The notes beneath the pieces are model-generated. The model was given only the letters and a program-made list of their open reading frames with translations, was not told the origin of the DNA and made no database searches. From the NCBI GenBank assembly GCA_000090985.2, contig CP001577.1, positions 868,925-900,924 on the forward strand: DNA of 32,000 nt. The letters run 5' to 3'. Positions 1 to 8,208 of this stretch are shown here, piece after piece (within the stretch, counting starts at the first letter, position 1; every line of letters begins with the position of its first letter). The stretch comes from Micromonas sp. (lineage: Eukaryota). Both the position numbers and the translations under genes were made by a program.

Positions 1-1919
1 GACGAGGTCCACCGCGAAGAGCGGACCAAACGCACTCTCCTCCTCGGGATTTTCAAACCGGACGTCGTTCGTCGCCGCCACCGTCAGCTTCGGCGCGCAC
101 CGATCGAGCACGAAATCTCGAAACCCCCGCACGTTGGACTCCGTCAGCGAACGCAGGGTGTCCTCCATGCGCAGCTGCGTCGTCTTGATGAACCGCTTGA
201 GCTTGCCGTACCCGTACGCCGTCTGATCCGTTTCCTTTAAATTGAACCAGCCTTTGCCCGCGGTTTTAAACCCGACGACGATCGTCTTGCGCACGGCGGC
301 GACCCACTTATCCCGCGCGACGCTCAAGTTCTGCAGCGCCTGCTTCTGCGCCCCTTCGAACTCCTCCAGCCGCGTGGGTTTGGGAAAGAGCGTTCGGTAC
401 ATGGCGTAGTTGCGAAGGAGCGCGGCGTTCTCCGCCGCGATGGTCATCTCCGCCGCGTACGCCTCCGGTTTCGTGAGCTTGGTCGCCTGCGCGAACGCGC
501 CGAAGGATTGCGCGAAATCGTACGGGGGCACGTCCTCGGCCGTCGCCTTGCGCGGCGCCGGGCGGCGCGTCAGCGATCGCGTCGGCAGGTCGTATCCCTC
601 GGGAGCCTCCACGAGCAACGCGTCGGCGTCGCCCTCTATGAGCGCGTCCGAGTCCCCGACGGGCGCCGCTGCTCCGCCACGCGCCAACCGCCGCTCGACC
701 CTCGAGCCGAGGCCGTGCTGGGGTTGCACGATGGCGTCGTCGAAGACGCACCGGTTCATCGCGCGCCTGTAGTCGACGACGACCTGCGCGACGTATTTCT
801 CAGTCGCCGCCGCGCACGCCGCGCTCGGGCGGAGCACCGTCTCGGCGGGCCCCTCGTCGTTTTCATCGGCACCCTCGGCACCCCCCTCGGCACCCCCCTC
901 GGCACCCCCACCACCCTCGTCCGGCGACGACGCGCGGTTAGGTCCTCGCGCCGGCACCTCGTCGAACGCCCACTCCTTGAACCGCTTGGACCCGCCCGAC
1001 GTCGCGACGCGGACGATTCGTTCCACCGATTCAACCGGGGGCGCCGGCGCGTCGACGTCATCCACAGCTGGCATCGAGTCGACGTAAAAGTCGGAACGCA
1101 ACGCCGCCACCGCCTTGGCCCTCGCCACGTACGCCGCGTGCCTCCTCGCGACGAACGCGGCCGGGTCCTCGGTGTCGAAGCACAGGTCCACGCGGTGCAC
1201 TCCCGGTAGGATTTTCCCGTTTTTGTCCAGTCGAACGTCGTACGTGTTCGACGAGGGATCGCCCGATACCAGCGAGCAGTGCGCCCAGAGCGGGAACCCG
1301 CTCTTGTTCGCCTTGGGATACACCGCGCACCTCGCGCGAACGCCGCCGTTCGGCGCGTTCACCGCGTCGGGCTCCAGCCACTGCTCGTTACTTCGGCACT
1401 CGTGCTCGATCCAGTCGTCGAAGAAGTGGAGCGACAACGCGTGGGGTTCGTTGACGAGTTCCTCGGCGCCCGGGATGCCACGGAGCGCGGCGTCGATGTC
1501 GCCGTCGAGCCGGTACTTTCGCTTCTTTCGCTCGATCTGCACGCGGCGCGGTACCGTCCCGGCGCGCGTCCGAAAGGGCGCAAACACCTTGGGCTCGAGC
1601 GCGAGCGGAATCACGGAATCGTCCTCGCGTAGGAGGTCCTCGAGGGTCTTGCGGGCGGCGGGCGGCGGGGACTGATCCGTCGGGCTCTCGGCCGCCGCGT
1701 TCTCGGCGCCGGGGGGCGTGCCGGGCGCTTCGTCCCCCGCGCCGCCGTCGTCTCGCCCACCCGCGGACGACGGCGAGGCTTCCTCGTCGCGGAGGGACGC
1801 GCCCCCGTCGTCGGTCGCGGCGTCGTCCGTCTCGTCATCCTCTCCCGGCAGCCGGTCCTCGAGGTTGAGGACGTCGGCCTTCGGGTCCGGGGCGACGGGT
1901 TTCTTGCGCCCGAAGCGCG
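1..1919 (-). CDS. Dynein heavy chain (axonemal, inner-arm-like), N-terminal stem region; partial, continues beyond window start
   Basis: The minus-strand frame is open from 1956 to the window edge; it is absent from the ORF track because it is truncated. My translation reads ...VHRVDLCFDTEDPAAFVARRHAAYVARAKA...KGWFNLKETDQTAYGYGKLKRFIKTTQLRMEDTLRSLTESNVRGFRDFV...RFENPEEESAFGPLFAVDLV. I recognise this as the DHC_N1 stem region of dynein heavy chains. G/C third-position bias is strong. There is no in-frame ATG between 1956 and about 1073, so an upstream exon is required. Confidence 0.7.
868..912 (-). repeat. Tandem 12-nt coding repeat (GGCACCCCCCTC-like x3-4) encoding (EGGA)n in the dynein N-terminus
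   Basis: Read directly from the sequence; in frame. It is a low-complexity insert in the stem region. Confidence 0.85.
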
Positions 1920-2067
1920 CTGTGATGTGAGGGACGGGGTCGATCGGGGTCCGACGTCAGCGGGGATTCGGGGGCGGGGCGGATCGACGGTCGTTGTTGA
2001 CGAGCGCGGGGGCGATTTTCTCGGGCGGTGGATTCCCAAATTGGGGATCGGTCGGGCACGGCCGCAC

Positions 2068-2086
2068 CTCGCGGCCCGGACACCAT
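2068..2086 (-). CDS. Putative 19-nt first coding exon of the dynein heavy chain gene (ATG at 2086..2084)
   Basis: This is the only nearby minus-strand ATG. The sequence reads ATGGTGTCCGGGCCGCGAG|GTGCGG, with the donor GT at 2067/2066. A CCGCTGACG branch-like site lies about 40 nt before the pyrimidine-rich acceptor CCCTCACATCACAG, which ends at 1920. The 19 nt plus exon 2 from 1919 restore the long frame (MVSGPR-ARFGRKKPV...). This is a prediction only. Confidence 0.3.
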
Positions 2087-2248
2087 CGGGAGCGTTCCGA
2101 GGGCTGGCTCCCGGGTTCTGGCGCGTCCTTCGTCGCGCTACCTGTCTCTCCGATTCGGTGATGCGTCGCTAGCTCGGCGCTACTCGCCAAAGCGCTCGCG
2201 TCGCAGTGGTGACCTATCCGCACGCGAATCGAGTCGTAGCCTGGCCGT

Positions 2249-2262
2249 CCTGTCCGGACAGG
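2249..2262. promoter_or_regulatory. Perfect 14-bp palindrome CCTGTCCGGACAGG in the dynein/REV7 divergent promoter
   Basis: Read directly from the sequence. Nearby is a CCGGTGGGA direct repeat (2306..2314, 2322..2330). Function is unknown. Confidence 0.3.
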
Positions 2263-2405
2263 ACAGGAGCGCTGGGCCGCCTCACCACGGAGAGTTCAAA
2301 GTTTCACCGGTGGGAGCCACTCCGGTGGGACCGCTTCACGCCTAACCCTGAGCGGGCGGGCGGACATCGCCGGACCGAACGTTCGGCGGGGCGCGCGCGG
2401 TCGTC

Positions 2406-3365
2406 ATGGCGCCGGGTCCGGATCCCGCGCCGTCGCGGCACGCGAACCTCAGGTGAGAAGCCCTCGCGAAGCCCGCCTCGCGCGCCCCATCTGGGCACCC
2501 CACCTGACCGAGCCAGCCCTCCCCAACCCCATCCCCATCCCCATCCTCGCCTCGCAGGGTCGACGCGACGCTGGAGTTCCTCGAGGCCGCGATCCACCAC
2601 ACATTACACGCCCGCGGCGTCTACCCCAAGGAGCTCTTCGAGCCCCGGTCGCTCTACGGCGCCAGGGTGCAGCGCTGCAGGCATCCCGACCTCGACGCCT
2701 ACATCGGCGATGCCGTCTCCGCCCTGCGCCGGCCCATCGCCGCGGGCGACGTCAAGCGCGTGGTCCTCGCCATCAAGGACGACGACGCCGCGGCGTCCGA
2801 CGGGCCGCTCGAGAGGTTCACCTTCGATTTCCTCCTCCGCGACGACGACGACACAGCTGGCGGCGGCGACACAGCTGGCGGGTTGAACGGAGGAGGCGTC
2901 GCGGATGTCACCGGGGGCTCCGTTCGAGGACCGTCTCGCGCCGACGTGGATCAGTGCCAACGAGCCTTCGCCGCGTGCCTGAGCAAGATCGCCTTCTCCG
3001 ACGCCCTGCTGACGCCCCTGCCGCAGGCGGCGATGAACGCCGGGCGCCTTTCGTTCGAGATTGTCGCGTATTCCACTCGCGCGGGTGTCGCCGCACAGCT
3101 GTGCGCGGGCGGCAGTGGCCCCAACGAGTATACTTGCGAGTGGACCGAGGAACGCGTCGGGTGCGGGACGAGTTACGCGACGGGCGACGCGTCGCGCGAC
3201 GGCGGGACGGGTCCCGCGGGTGGGCGGGCGGCCGTCGGCGACGTGGAGCCCAGGTTGGAGTTCCGCGCTGGGACGGCGAAGGAGGTGGTGCCGGTGAAGA
3301 GCGCGGCGACGCCAATCGTCAACCTGGACGTCTTCGTGGAGCGAAGGAGGAGTTCAGCCGGGTGA
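2406..3365 (+). CDS. REV7: REV7/MAD2L2-like HORMA-domain protein (DNA polymerase zeta accessory subunit); exons 2406..2452 and 2558..3365
   Basis: ATG at 2406. Exon 1 ends CTCAG|GTGAGA and the acceptor CCTCGCAG ends at 2557; the junction is phase-consistent. The spliced protein reads MAPGPDPAPSRHANLRVDATLEFLEAAIHHTLHARGVYPKELFEPRSLYGARVQRCRHPDLDAYIGDAVSALRRPIAAGDVKRVVLAIKDDD...ERFTFDF. This matches the REV7/MAD2B HORMA pattern (ILYxRxVYPxxxF...CxHPxLxxYI...VxKVVVxI...ExFxFxx). Stop TGA at 3363..3365. Confidence 0.8.
2453..2557 (+). other. Intron (105 nt) of REV7-like gene
   Basis: GTGAGA donor, CACCTGACC branch-like site, C-rich tract with a CCCCAT x3 repeat, CAG acceptor. Removing it joins the ATG exon in frame to the HORMA ORF. 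Confidence 0.75.
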
Positions 3366-3420
3366 CGACGAGCGTGGAGATTTACTGGCACGTCGCGTGG
3401 AAGTGACGACGAGCGTGGAG
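3362..3420. repeat. 18-bp direct repeat GTGACGACGAGCGTGGAG x2 (3362..3379, 3403..3420) spanning the REV7 stop codon and 3' flank
   Basis: Exact copies 41 bp apart. A third partial copy (GAGTGACG) follows. Confidence 0.85.
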
Positions 3421-3549
3421 CACGAGTGACGTTAGCTGTAGGAACTGGTGACCGGAGACGAAGAGACGTCCTAAAATTAGATGCAAGTATTCACATTCGT
3501 CGCGTTCTCGTTTCCATCGTACCTCTCCTCGTCCCAAATGGAGAGGACG

Positions 3550-4755
3550 TCACCGGGGCGAAACCCCCTTCCCCGTCCCGTCGTCGTCGTCCGCCTCCTC
3601 CCCCGCCGCCGGGGGCGCCTCGAATCCCACCCCGGGGTTGAACAGGCAGTCCACCAAGCCCTCGCACGTCCTGTCCGTGTGCTCGCGATACGAGTCGACG
3701 CACCGCTCGCTCGGCGTCTGATCCGCGCTCACCACGCACGCCGCCGCCTCCGACGGCGACCGGAGAATCGCGCCCGGCAGCTGGCAGAACTGCATCGTCT
3801 TCATGTGCTCCGCCTCGTCGTTTCGCACGTTGACGAAGACGTCGTAGAGGTTGTCGATCGACGGCCGCCGCCTGGCGCTCGCGACGCCGGACGCGGGGTT
3901 ACCTGTTAATAACAAAAAAAAACCACGTCATTCTAATTGCCCATACAAAGATTATCATAAAATAAACGCACCGGTTTGAAACTCGTCGAAGAGGAAGAGG
4001 TCGCCCTCGGTGTAGTAATGCGTCGCGATGGGGGGCGGCGGCTTGGACTTGAGCTCGAGCTCGTTCTCCTTGAGAAACTCGTCGTACGTGTGGTACGCGT
4101 GCTCCTCCACCTGTTCGCTCAGGTTGTACGCCATGCGGGGCGACACCAGATACATGGCGCACGCGATGAAGTAGTAAAAGACGGCCATGTGCTGCGCGAA
4201 GAAGCGGTCGGTGAAGCGTTTATCGCCGCCCATGCTCTCCATGATGAGCAGGTGGTGAAACTCGTTCATCGTCTGCGCGAAGTGTACCTTCAGGTAGTCC
4301 GCCCTGCGCCAGAATCCGAGCGTCTCGTACAGGTGAAGCACGGAGAGGAAGGAGAAGTACGGGACCCTGGCGACCGTCTCCAGCGCGTAAAATCGCGCGT
4401 AGCTCCGTCCCTCGTAGAGCTTGTCGATGACGAGCACCGCGGACCAGATGATGGCGGAGTTGATCGCGCGCTCGGCTCGCGGGATCAGCGACTGGTCGTG
4501 AACGTCGTCGGGGTACTCGGCCTCGTCGTAATCTTGCAGGCTCGGGAGTTGCGCGTTTGTCTCGTCCTCCTCCCTCTCGCTCCCGGGCGCGGGCGGTGGG
4601 TCGGAGATGGCTCGCGCGGTGACGACGCGCGCCCTGCGGTCGGCGGACGTCGGGCCACGACGGAGGCGCACGGCTGTGTTCCGAGGATCGCGGGTCGTTC
4701 GCGAGCGGCGGGCGGGGGCGAAGGCCACGGCCCGGACGGGAGCCACGGACGCCAT
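3550..4755 (-). CDS. PTOX: Plastid terminal oxidase (PTOX/IMMUTANS, alternative-oxidase family); exons 3972..4755 and 3550..3902
   Basis: The di-iron carboxylate motifs appear in order: LETVARVPYF, NEFHHLLIME, EQVEEHAYHTY in exon 1, and IDNLYDVFVNVRNDEAEH in exon 2. The N-terminus is an Ala/Arg-rich transit-like presequence (MASVAPVRAVAFAPARRSR...). The junction ACCG|GTGCGT ... TTAACAG|GT is phase-consistent (G+GT = Gly). Confidence 0.9.
3903..3971 (-). other. Intron (69 nt, strikingly AT-rich) of PTOX
   Basis: On the minus strand: GTGCGTTTATTTTATGATAATCTTTGTATGGGCAATTAGAATGACGTGGTTTTTTTTTGTTATTAACAG. It joins ...DEFQTG to NPASGVASARRRPSIDNLYDVF in frame. Confidence 0.8.
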
Positions 4756-4767
4756 CGTAGATATTTG

Positions 4768-4790
4768 TCACGTTTCACGTGTCACACGTG
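4768..4790. promoter_or_regulatory. Cluster of ACGT-core / G-box (CACGTG) motifs in the PTOX-CFAP298 divergent promoter
   Basis: The sequence is GTCACGTTTCACGTGTCACACGTG. It has two perfect CACGTG palindromes (4776..4781, 4785..4790) and one more ACGT core, 13-35 nt upstream of the PTOX ATG. A CT-rich tract follows at 4793..4840. Function is inferred only. Confidence 0.35.
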
Positions 4791-4866
4791 CGCTGCTTTC
4801 TTCTCTCTTCCTCTCTCTCTTCCTCGCTCGCCGCCTCGCCGTGGAAGACTGACGCGCGAGTATCGC

Positions 4867-4933
4867 GCGTCCTGCTCTCGTCGCGAGGAGATCCGCGCTC
4901 TCGATGAAAGCGGAGAGCGTCCTGCTCTCGTCG
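4867..4933. repeat. 17-bp direct repeat GCGTCCTGCTCTCGTCG x2 (4867..4883 and 4917..4933) in the divergent promoter
   Basis: The exact duplicate, spaced 50 bp apart, was read directly from the sequence. Confidence 0.8.
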
Positions 4934-5143
4934 AGGGTGCCGGGGGCTGCGGCCCGCGGCACTTTTTTATCGTTGCCCGAACGAACCGTCGTCGCTTTTC
5001 GTGTGAAACCGGATGCGCGCCACGCGCCAACAAGCTTCGGCACCCTTCGGTCAATCTCGGCCCCCGAATTAGATCACACGGACGCGCGTTGACGCGCGGG
5101 TGGAGGCTTGAGCGCGCGCGAGAGTCGATCCACGCGAGGCGCC

Positions 5144-6046
5144 ATGGTGCTCATCCACTGCAAGTACAAGGGCGAGGAGCAGCAGTTCCTCTACGAGACC
5201 ACCGTCGAGATCGGCGTCAAGGATCTGATCAAGGAGCTCGTCGAGGTGCACAACCTCCGCCTGAGGATCCAGCGAATCAAGTCCGAGGGCGACGACCTCG
5301 CGACCCACGGCCCGTGCAAGCCCCCCGACAAGCAAGGGCTCGACGAGGACATCCAGGCGGAGGCGGACGGCGTCGAGCTCCCGCCGCGCGGTCCAACCTA
5401 CTGCAAGGACCCCATCGGCAAGCGCACGGGCGACGCGCCCGTCCCGCAGGCGCAGGCCACCCTGCGCAAGGCTCTGGACGACGCCGCGGCCGCGGCGTCC
5501 AAGAAGCAGGTGGAGGCGAAGCATCCGCTCACGAAGAGGGAACTCATGGAGCACATCGACCTCATCCGCGGCGCCGTCATGATCGCCTACCCGATGGGCC
5601 TTCCCGAGTACGACCCGGTGCGCATAGACATCGAGGAGGACGAGAAGCCCTCGGAGACGCCGATTGGCATCGACATCCTCGACGAAACCGCGCAACTCTG
5701 GTGGGCGGGGAAGCAGATGCTGCCCGGGAACAAGCTCAGCGTTCACGTGGGCAGGAACGAGAAGACGAAGGTGGTGGCGAAGCTGACGAAGAAGGGCGCG
5801 GGCGCGCCCCAGCGCGAGAACCCGATCACCCCGGAGGAGCACAAAGCCATGCTCGCGTACTATCACAAGAGGCAGGAGGAGATGAAGCACCTCGAGCAAA
5901 ACGACGAGGACGACTACACCAACAGCGCGTGGGCCAACTCGAGGGCGCTGAAGAACCACTTCTCCGGGGTTGGAGGGGGGCGAGGCGTTTCCTACAGGGG
6001 ATTGGGCGGTCGCTCGTCGGGGTTCAACGGCGGTCAGACGTTCTAG
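5144..6046 (+). CDS. CFAP298: CFAP298 (C21orf59/Kurly/FBB18) cilia-motility, dynein-arm assembly protein
   Basis: The track ORF 5108..6046 starts at TTG; the first ATG is at 5144 in GCCATGG context. The protein has MVLIHCKYKGEEQQFLYE..., KKQVEAKHPLTKRELMEHIDLIRGAVMIAYPMGLPEYDPVR, AQLWWAGKQM, VGRNEKTKVVAKLTKKGAGAPQRE and AYYHKRQEEMKHLEQNDEDDYTNSAWAN..ALKNHF. These follow human C21orf59 nearly block for block. Confidence 0.85.
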   Translation: MVLIHCKYKGEEQQFLYETTVEIGVKDLIKELVEVHNLRLRIQRIKSEGDDLATHGPCKPPDKQGLDEDIQAEADGVELPPRGPTYCKDPIGKRTGDAPVPQAQATLRKALDDAAAAASKKQVEAKHPLTKRELMEHIDLIRGAVMIAYPMGLPEYDPVRIDIEEDEKPSETPIGIDILDETAQLWWAGKQMLPGNKLSVHVGRNEKTKVVAKLTKKGAGAPQRENPITPEEHKAMLAYYHKRQEEMKHLEQNDEDDYTNSAWANSRALKNHFSGVGGGRGVSYRGLGGRSSGFNGGQTF

Positions 6047-6055
6047 CTATAGCTA
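6044..6055. repeat. Perfect 12-bp palindrome TAGCTATAGCTA overlapping the CFAP298 stop codon
   Basis: Read directly from the sequence. A related TAGCTAGCTA lies at 17200..17209, 3' of the POLA2-like gene. Confidence 0.9.
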
Positions 6056-6100
6056 ACTTTTACCGTCCGAGCACCTTTGCGCCCTCGGCTCTTTTTCGCC

Positions 6101-7684
6101 TCAGCTGTTGACTCCGTCGGAGCCGTCGAAGAGCTGCCTGTTCCACTCCAGCACCCACTTACCCAGCGAGTAGTACACCGCGCCGTGACGCACCACGTAC
6201 AGCGCGCCCATCGCCGCCGCCGCGCCCAACGCGCCCGCATCCGCCGCCGCCGCCGCATCCGTGATTGTCGCCGCCCAATCCGTGCCGTCCAGAAACAGAA
6301 GTAACGGAAGCGCCGCCCACCGCACCGCGTTGTTCGCCCCGGGCGGCTCCACCCTCCACACCGCCCTCCACCGCTGCGTGCTCGGCTCCAAACCGAGCTG
6401 CTCCGTCAGCCTGCGCGTCAAACCCGGCATGTGCAGACCGCCGTACAGGAGGCTCACCCTCGAGACCCCGGGGGCGTCTAGCGCCTTGGCGAGGCACTCC
6501 GTCGCCACGTCGTTTCGGCGCTCCACCAACACGGGCACGTCCGCGCCCCCGCCCACAGCGCCCTTGGCCTGCGCGCTGACGATCATCTGCGCGAACGCCA
6601 AGCGCCTCGCGGCGATGATGTTCCCGCCCGCCAGCGAGTCCAGCAGCGCTCCGAGCACGGGCGCGGGCCTTCCGCCGCCCCAGACCCAGTCGAGTAAGAG
6701 TAAGTGCGCCTCGGGGCACGGCACGAGCCAGCAGACTAAACGCGTCGCCTGCCGCAGCGGGCCGCCCCCCGCGCGCCCCTTCGCGGTGACCACCAGCGCC
6801 TCGAGCGCGGGCGACGTGGTCGGGACGGATGGGCCGGGAACGGACCTCGACGACGTCGCCATCATCGCCTCGCCCGCCTCCGCCTGCAGACGCGCCAGCT
6901 CCTGCTTGGGCATATCCGCGACGTACCAGTTGTCGCCGCACAGGTCCAGCGCGTCCAGCTGTGGCACGAGAAAGTGCGTGTCCGCCAGTCGCCGGGCGTC
7001 CGGCGTGGGCGCCAGCGCGACGGCGAGTTGCGGCAGGAACGGGTCCCGGCGATCGCGATTGTGATCATCCTCATCTTCGTCTCCTCCGTGTCGCGCGCCT
7101 CCTCGTGTCGACTCGGGTGCCCGCCCCTCGCGCAGGTTCTCCTCCCCCGTGATGAGCTCGAAGAGCACGGCGTCGTAGTCCGCGTCGCATTCCTCCTGAA
7201 GGCCCTGGTAATACGTCGGATCCCCCACGTGCACGGTCGCCGCGAGCGCAACCTCCTGCGCTGGCGCGACGCACTCGCCCGTGGTCGGATCGAAGCGCGC
7301 GTTCCGTCGAAACACCGCGGTGGCGCTCTGCAGCTCCCACGCGCCGTCGCCGAGCTCCACGAGGCGGAGGTACTCCTTGATGGGCGCCGGTCTGGACGCG
7401 CGCGCCAGCCGCGGCGCGCCTCCCGAGAACGGGCCTCCCGGAGGCGCGGGCTTCCCGCTGCTCTTCGTCGTCGATGAAGCTCGCTCGCTCATCCTCCGCA
7501 GCCTTCGCTCCTCGGCCCACGAGATCTCCGGCTGCTCGTCGCGCGCCACCTCCTCGGTCCACCGGTCCTCGTCGTCGACGACCGCGGTCGGCGGGATGGG
7601 GCGCGGATGGTGGCGCCGGCCGGCCGTCGCGCGCCTCCCGGGCGCGGGCGCGCACCCCCGCCGGAGCGCGACCGAGGCGTGCAT
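6101..7684 (-). CDS. Conserved organelle-targeted protein, tentatively TraB/GumN-like family
   Basis: The 537-aa track ORF starts at TTG; the first ATG is at 7684 (MHASVALRRGCAPAPGRR... presequence-like). GC3 is high. The motifs ATVHVGDPTYYQGLQEECDADYDAVLFELI and SLLYGGLHMPGLTRRL resemble the TraB/GumN pattern. There is a C-terminal hydrophobic segment. The family call is tentative. Confidence 0.6.
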   Translation of the reverse strand: MHASVALRRGCAPAPGRRATAGRRHHPRPIPPTAVVDDEDRWTEEVARDEQPEISWAEERRLRRMSERASSTTKSSGKPAPPGGPFSGGAPRLARASRPAPIKEYLRLVELGDGAWELQSATAVFRRNARFDPTTGECVAPAQEVALAATVHVGDPTYYQGLQEECDADYDAVLFELITGEENLREGRAPESTRGGARHGGDEDEDDHNRDRRDPFLPQLAVALAPTPDARRLADTHFLVPQLDALDLCGDNWYVADMPKQELARLQAEAGEAMMATSSRSVPGPSVPTTSPALEALVVTAKGRAGGGPLRQATRLVCWLVPCPEAHLLLLDWVWGGGRPAPVLGALLDSLAGGNIIAARRLAFAQMIVSAQAKGAVGGGADVPVLVERRNDVATECLAKALDAPGVSRVSLLYGGLHMPGLTRRLTEQLGLEPSTQRWRAVWRVEPPGANNAVRWAALPLLLFLDGTDWAATITDAAAAADAGALGAAAAMGALYVVRHGAVYYSLGKWVLEWNRQLFDGSDGVNS

Positions 7685-7766
7685 CTTCGAGTGACGATGA
7701 TGCACAGCTGGCAAAACTCGGCGGTCTCGCGTCCTCCTCTCTCATAAATAGGGTTCGCGCGCCACC

Positions 7767-8144
7767 ATGACCGCGGGCGGGGTCGACGACGCGGAGGTTG
7801 CGGCGGTGCATCGCGAGTCCATCGAGGCCGAGAAGGCGGTGGTGGATGCCCTCCGCAAGGACGGCACGTTCGAGCGCGTGCGCAAGGCGCTCATCGCGCG
7901 GTGCGTCGCCGACGGCGGGGTCCGCGCCAAGGTGGCCGAGTTGGTGGACGCGAGCGAGACGCTGCGACAGCGCGGCGCCGCGGGAGCCAAGTTCGACGAG
8001 CTGGTGGATCGCCTGCGGGAGGAGGTGGAGAAGGACGTGATGGGCGCGTTCGCGGACAAGGCGTGGGAGCTGATGACGGACGAGCGCGGGGAGGTCGGGG
8101 GCATGATCGCCGAGGCGGTCGAGAAGAGACTCGGCGAGCGATGA
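7767..8144 (+). CDS. Small BOD1/Shg1 (COMPASS)-domain-like protein (tentative)
   Basis: ATG at 7767 in GCCACCATGA context; 125 aa; high GC3. The layout VVDALRKDGTFERVRKALIARCVADGGVRAKVAELV...FDELVDRLREEVEKDVMGAFADKAWELM...IAEAVEKRL resembles BOD1/Shg1. Confidence 0.55.
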   Translation: MTAGGVDDAEVAAVHRESIEAEKAVVDALRKDGTFERVRKALIARCVADGGVRAKVAELVDASETLRQRGAAGAKFDELVDRLREEVEKDVMGAFADKAWELMTDERGEVGGMIAEAVEKRLGER

Positions 8145-8208
8145 CGACTTCTGTCAAATCTCGCGCCCTCCCCTTGTAACAACATCCCATCACGACACCA
8201 CGTCTCTC

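Noticed and set aside
308-3406. Many overlapping 70-320-aa ORFs on both strands in the first 3.4 kb
   Set aside because: They are out-of-frame or antisense shadows of the dynein and REV7 coding frames. They are Arg/Pro-rich and start at GTG/TTG/CTG under a bacterial start-codon model that does not apply to a eukaryotic nuclear genome.
3976-6111. 711-aa plus-strand ORF, the longest in the track
   Set aside because: It runs antisense through PTOX and then out of frame through CFAP298. The translation is Arg/Gly/Pro/His-rich low-complexity sequence with no motifs. It stays open only because the true genes have G/C at nearly every third position, which removes stop codons from other frames.
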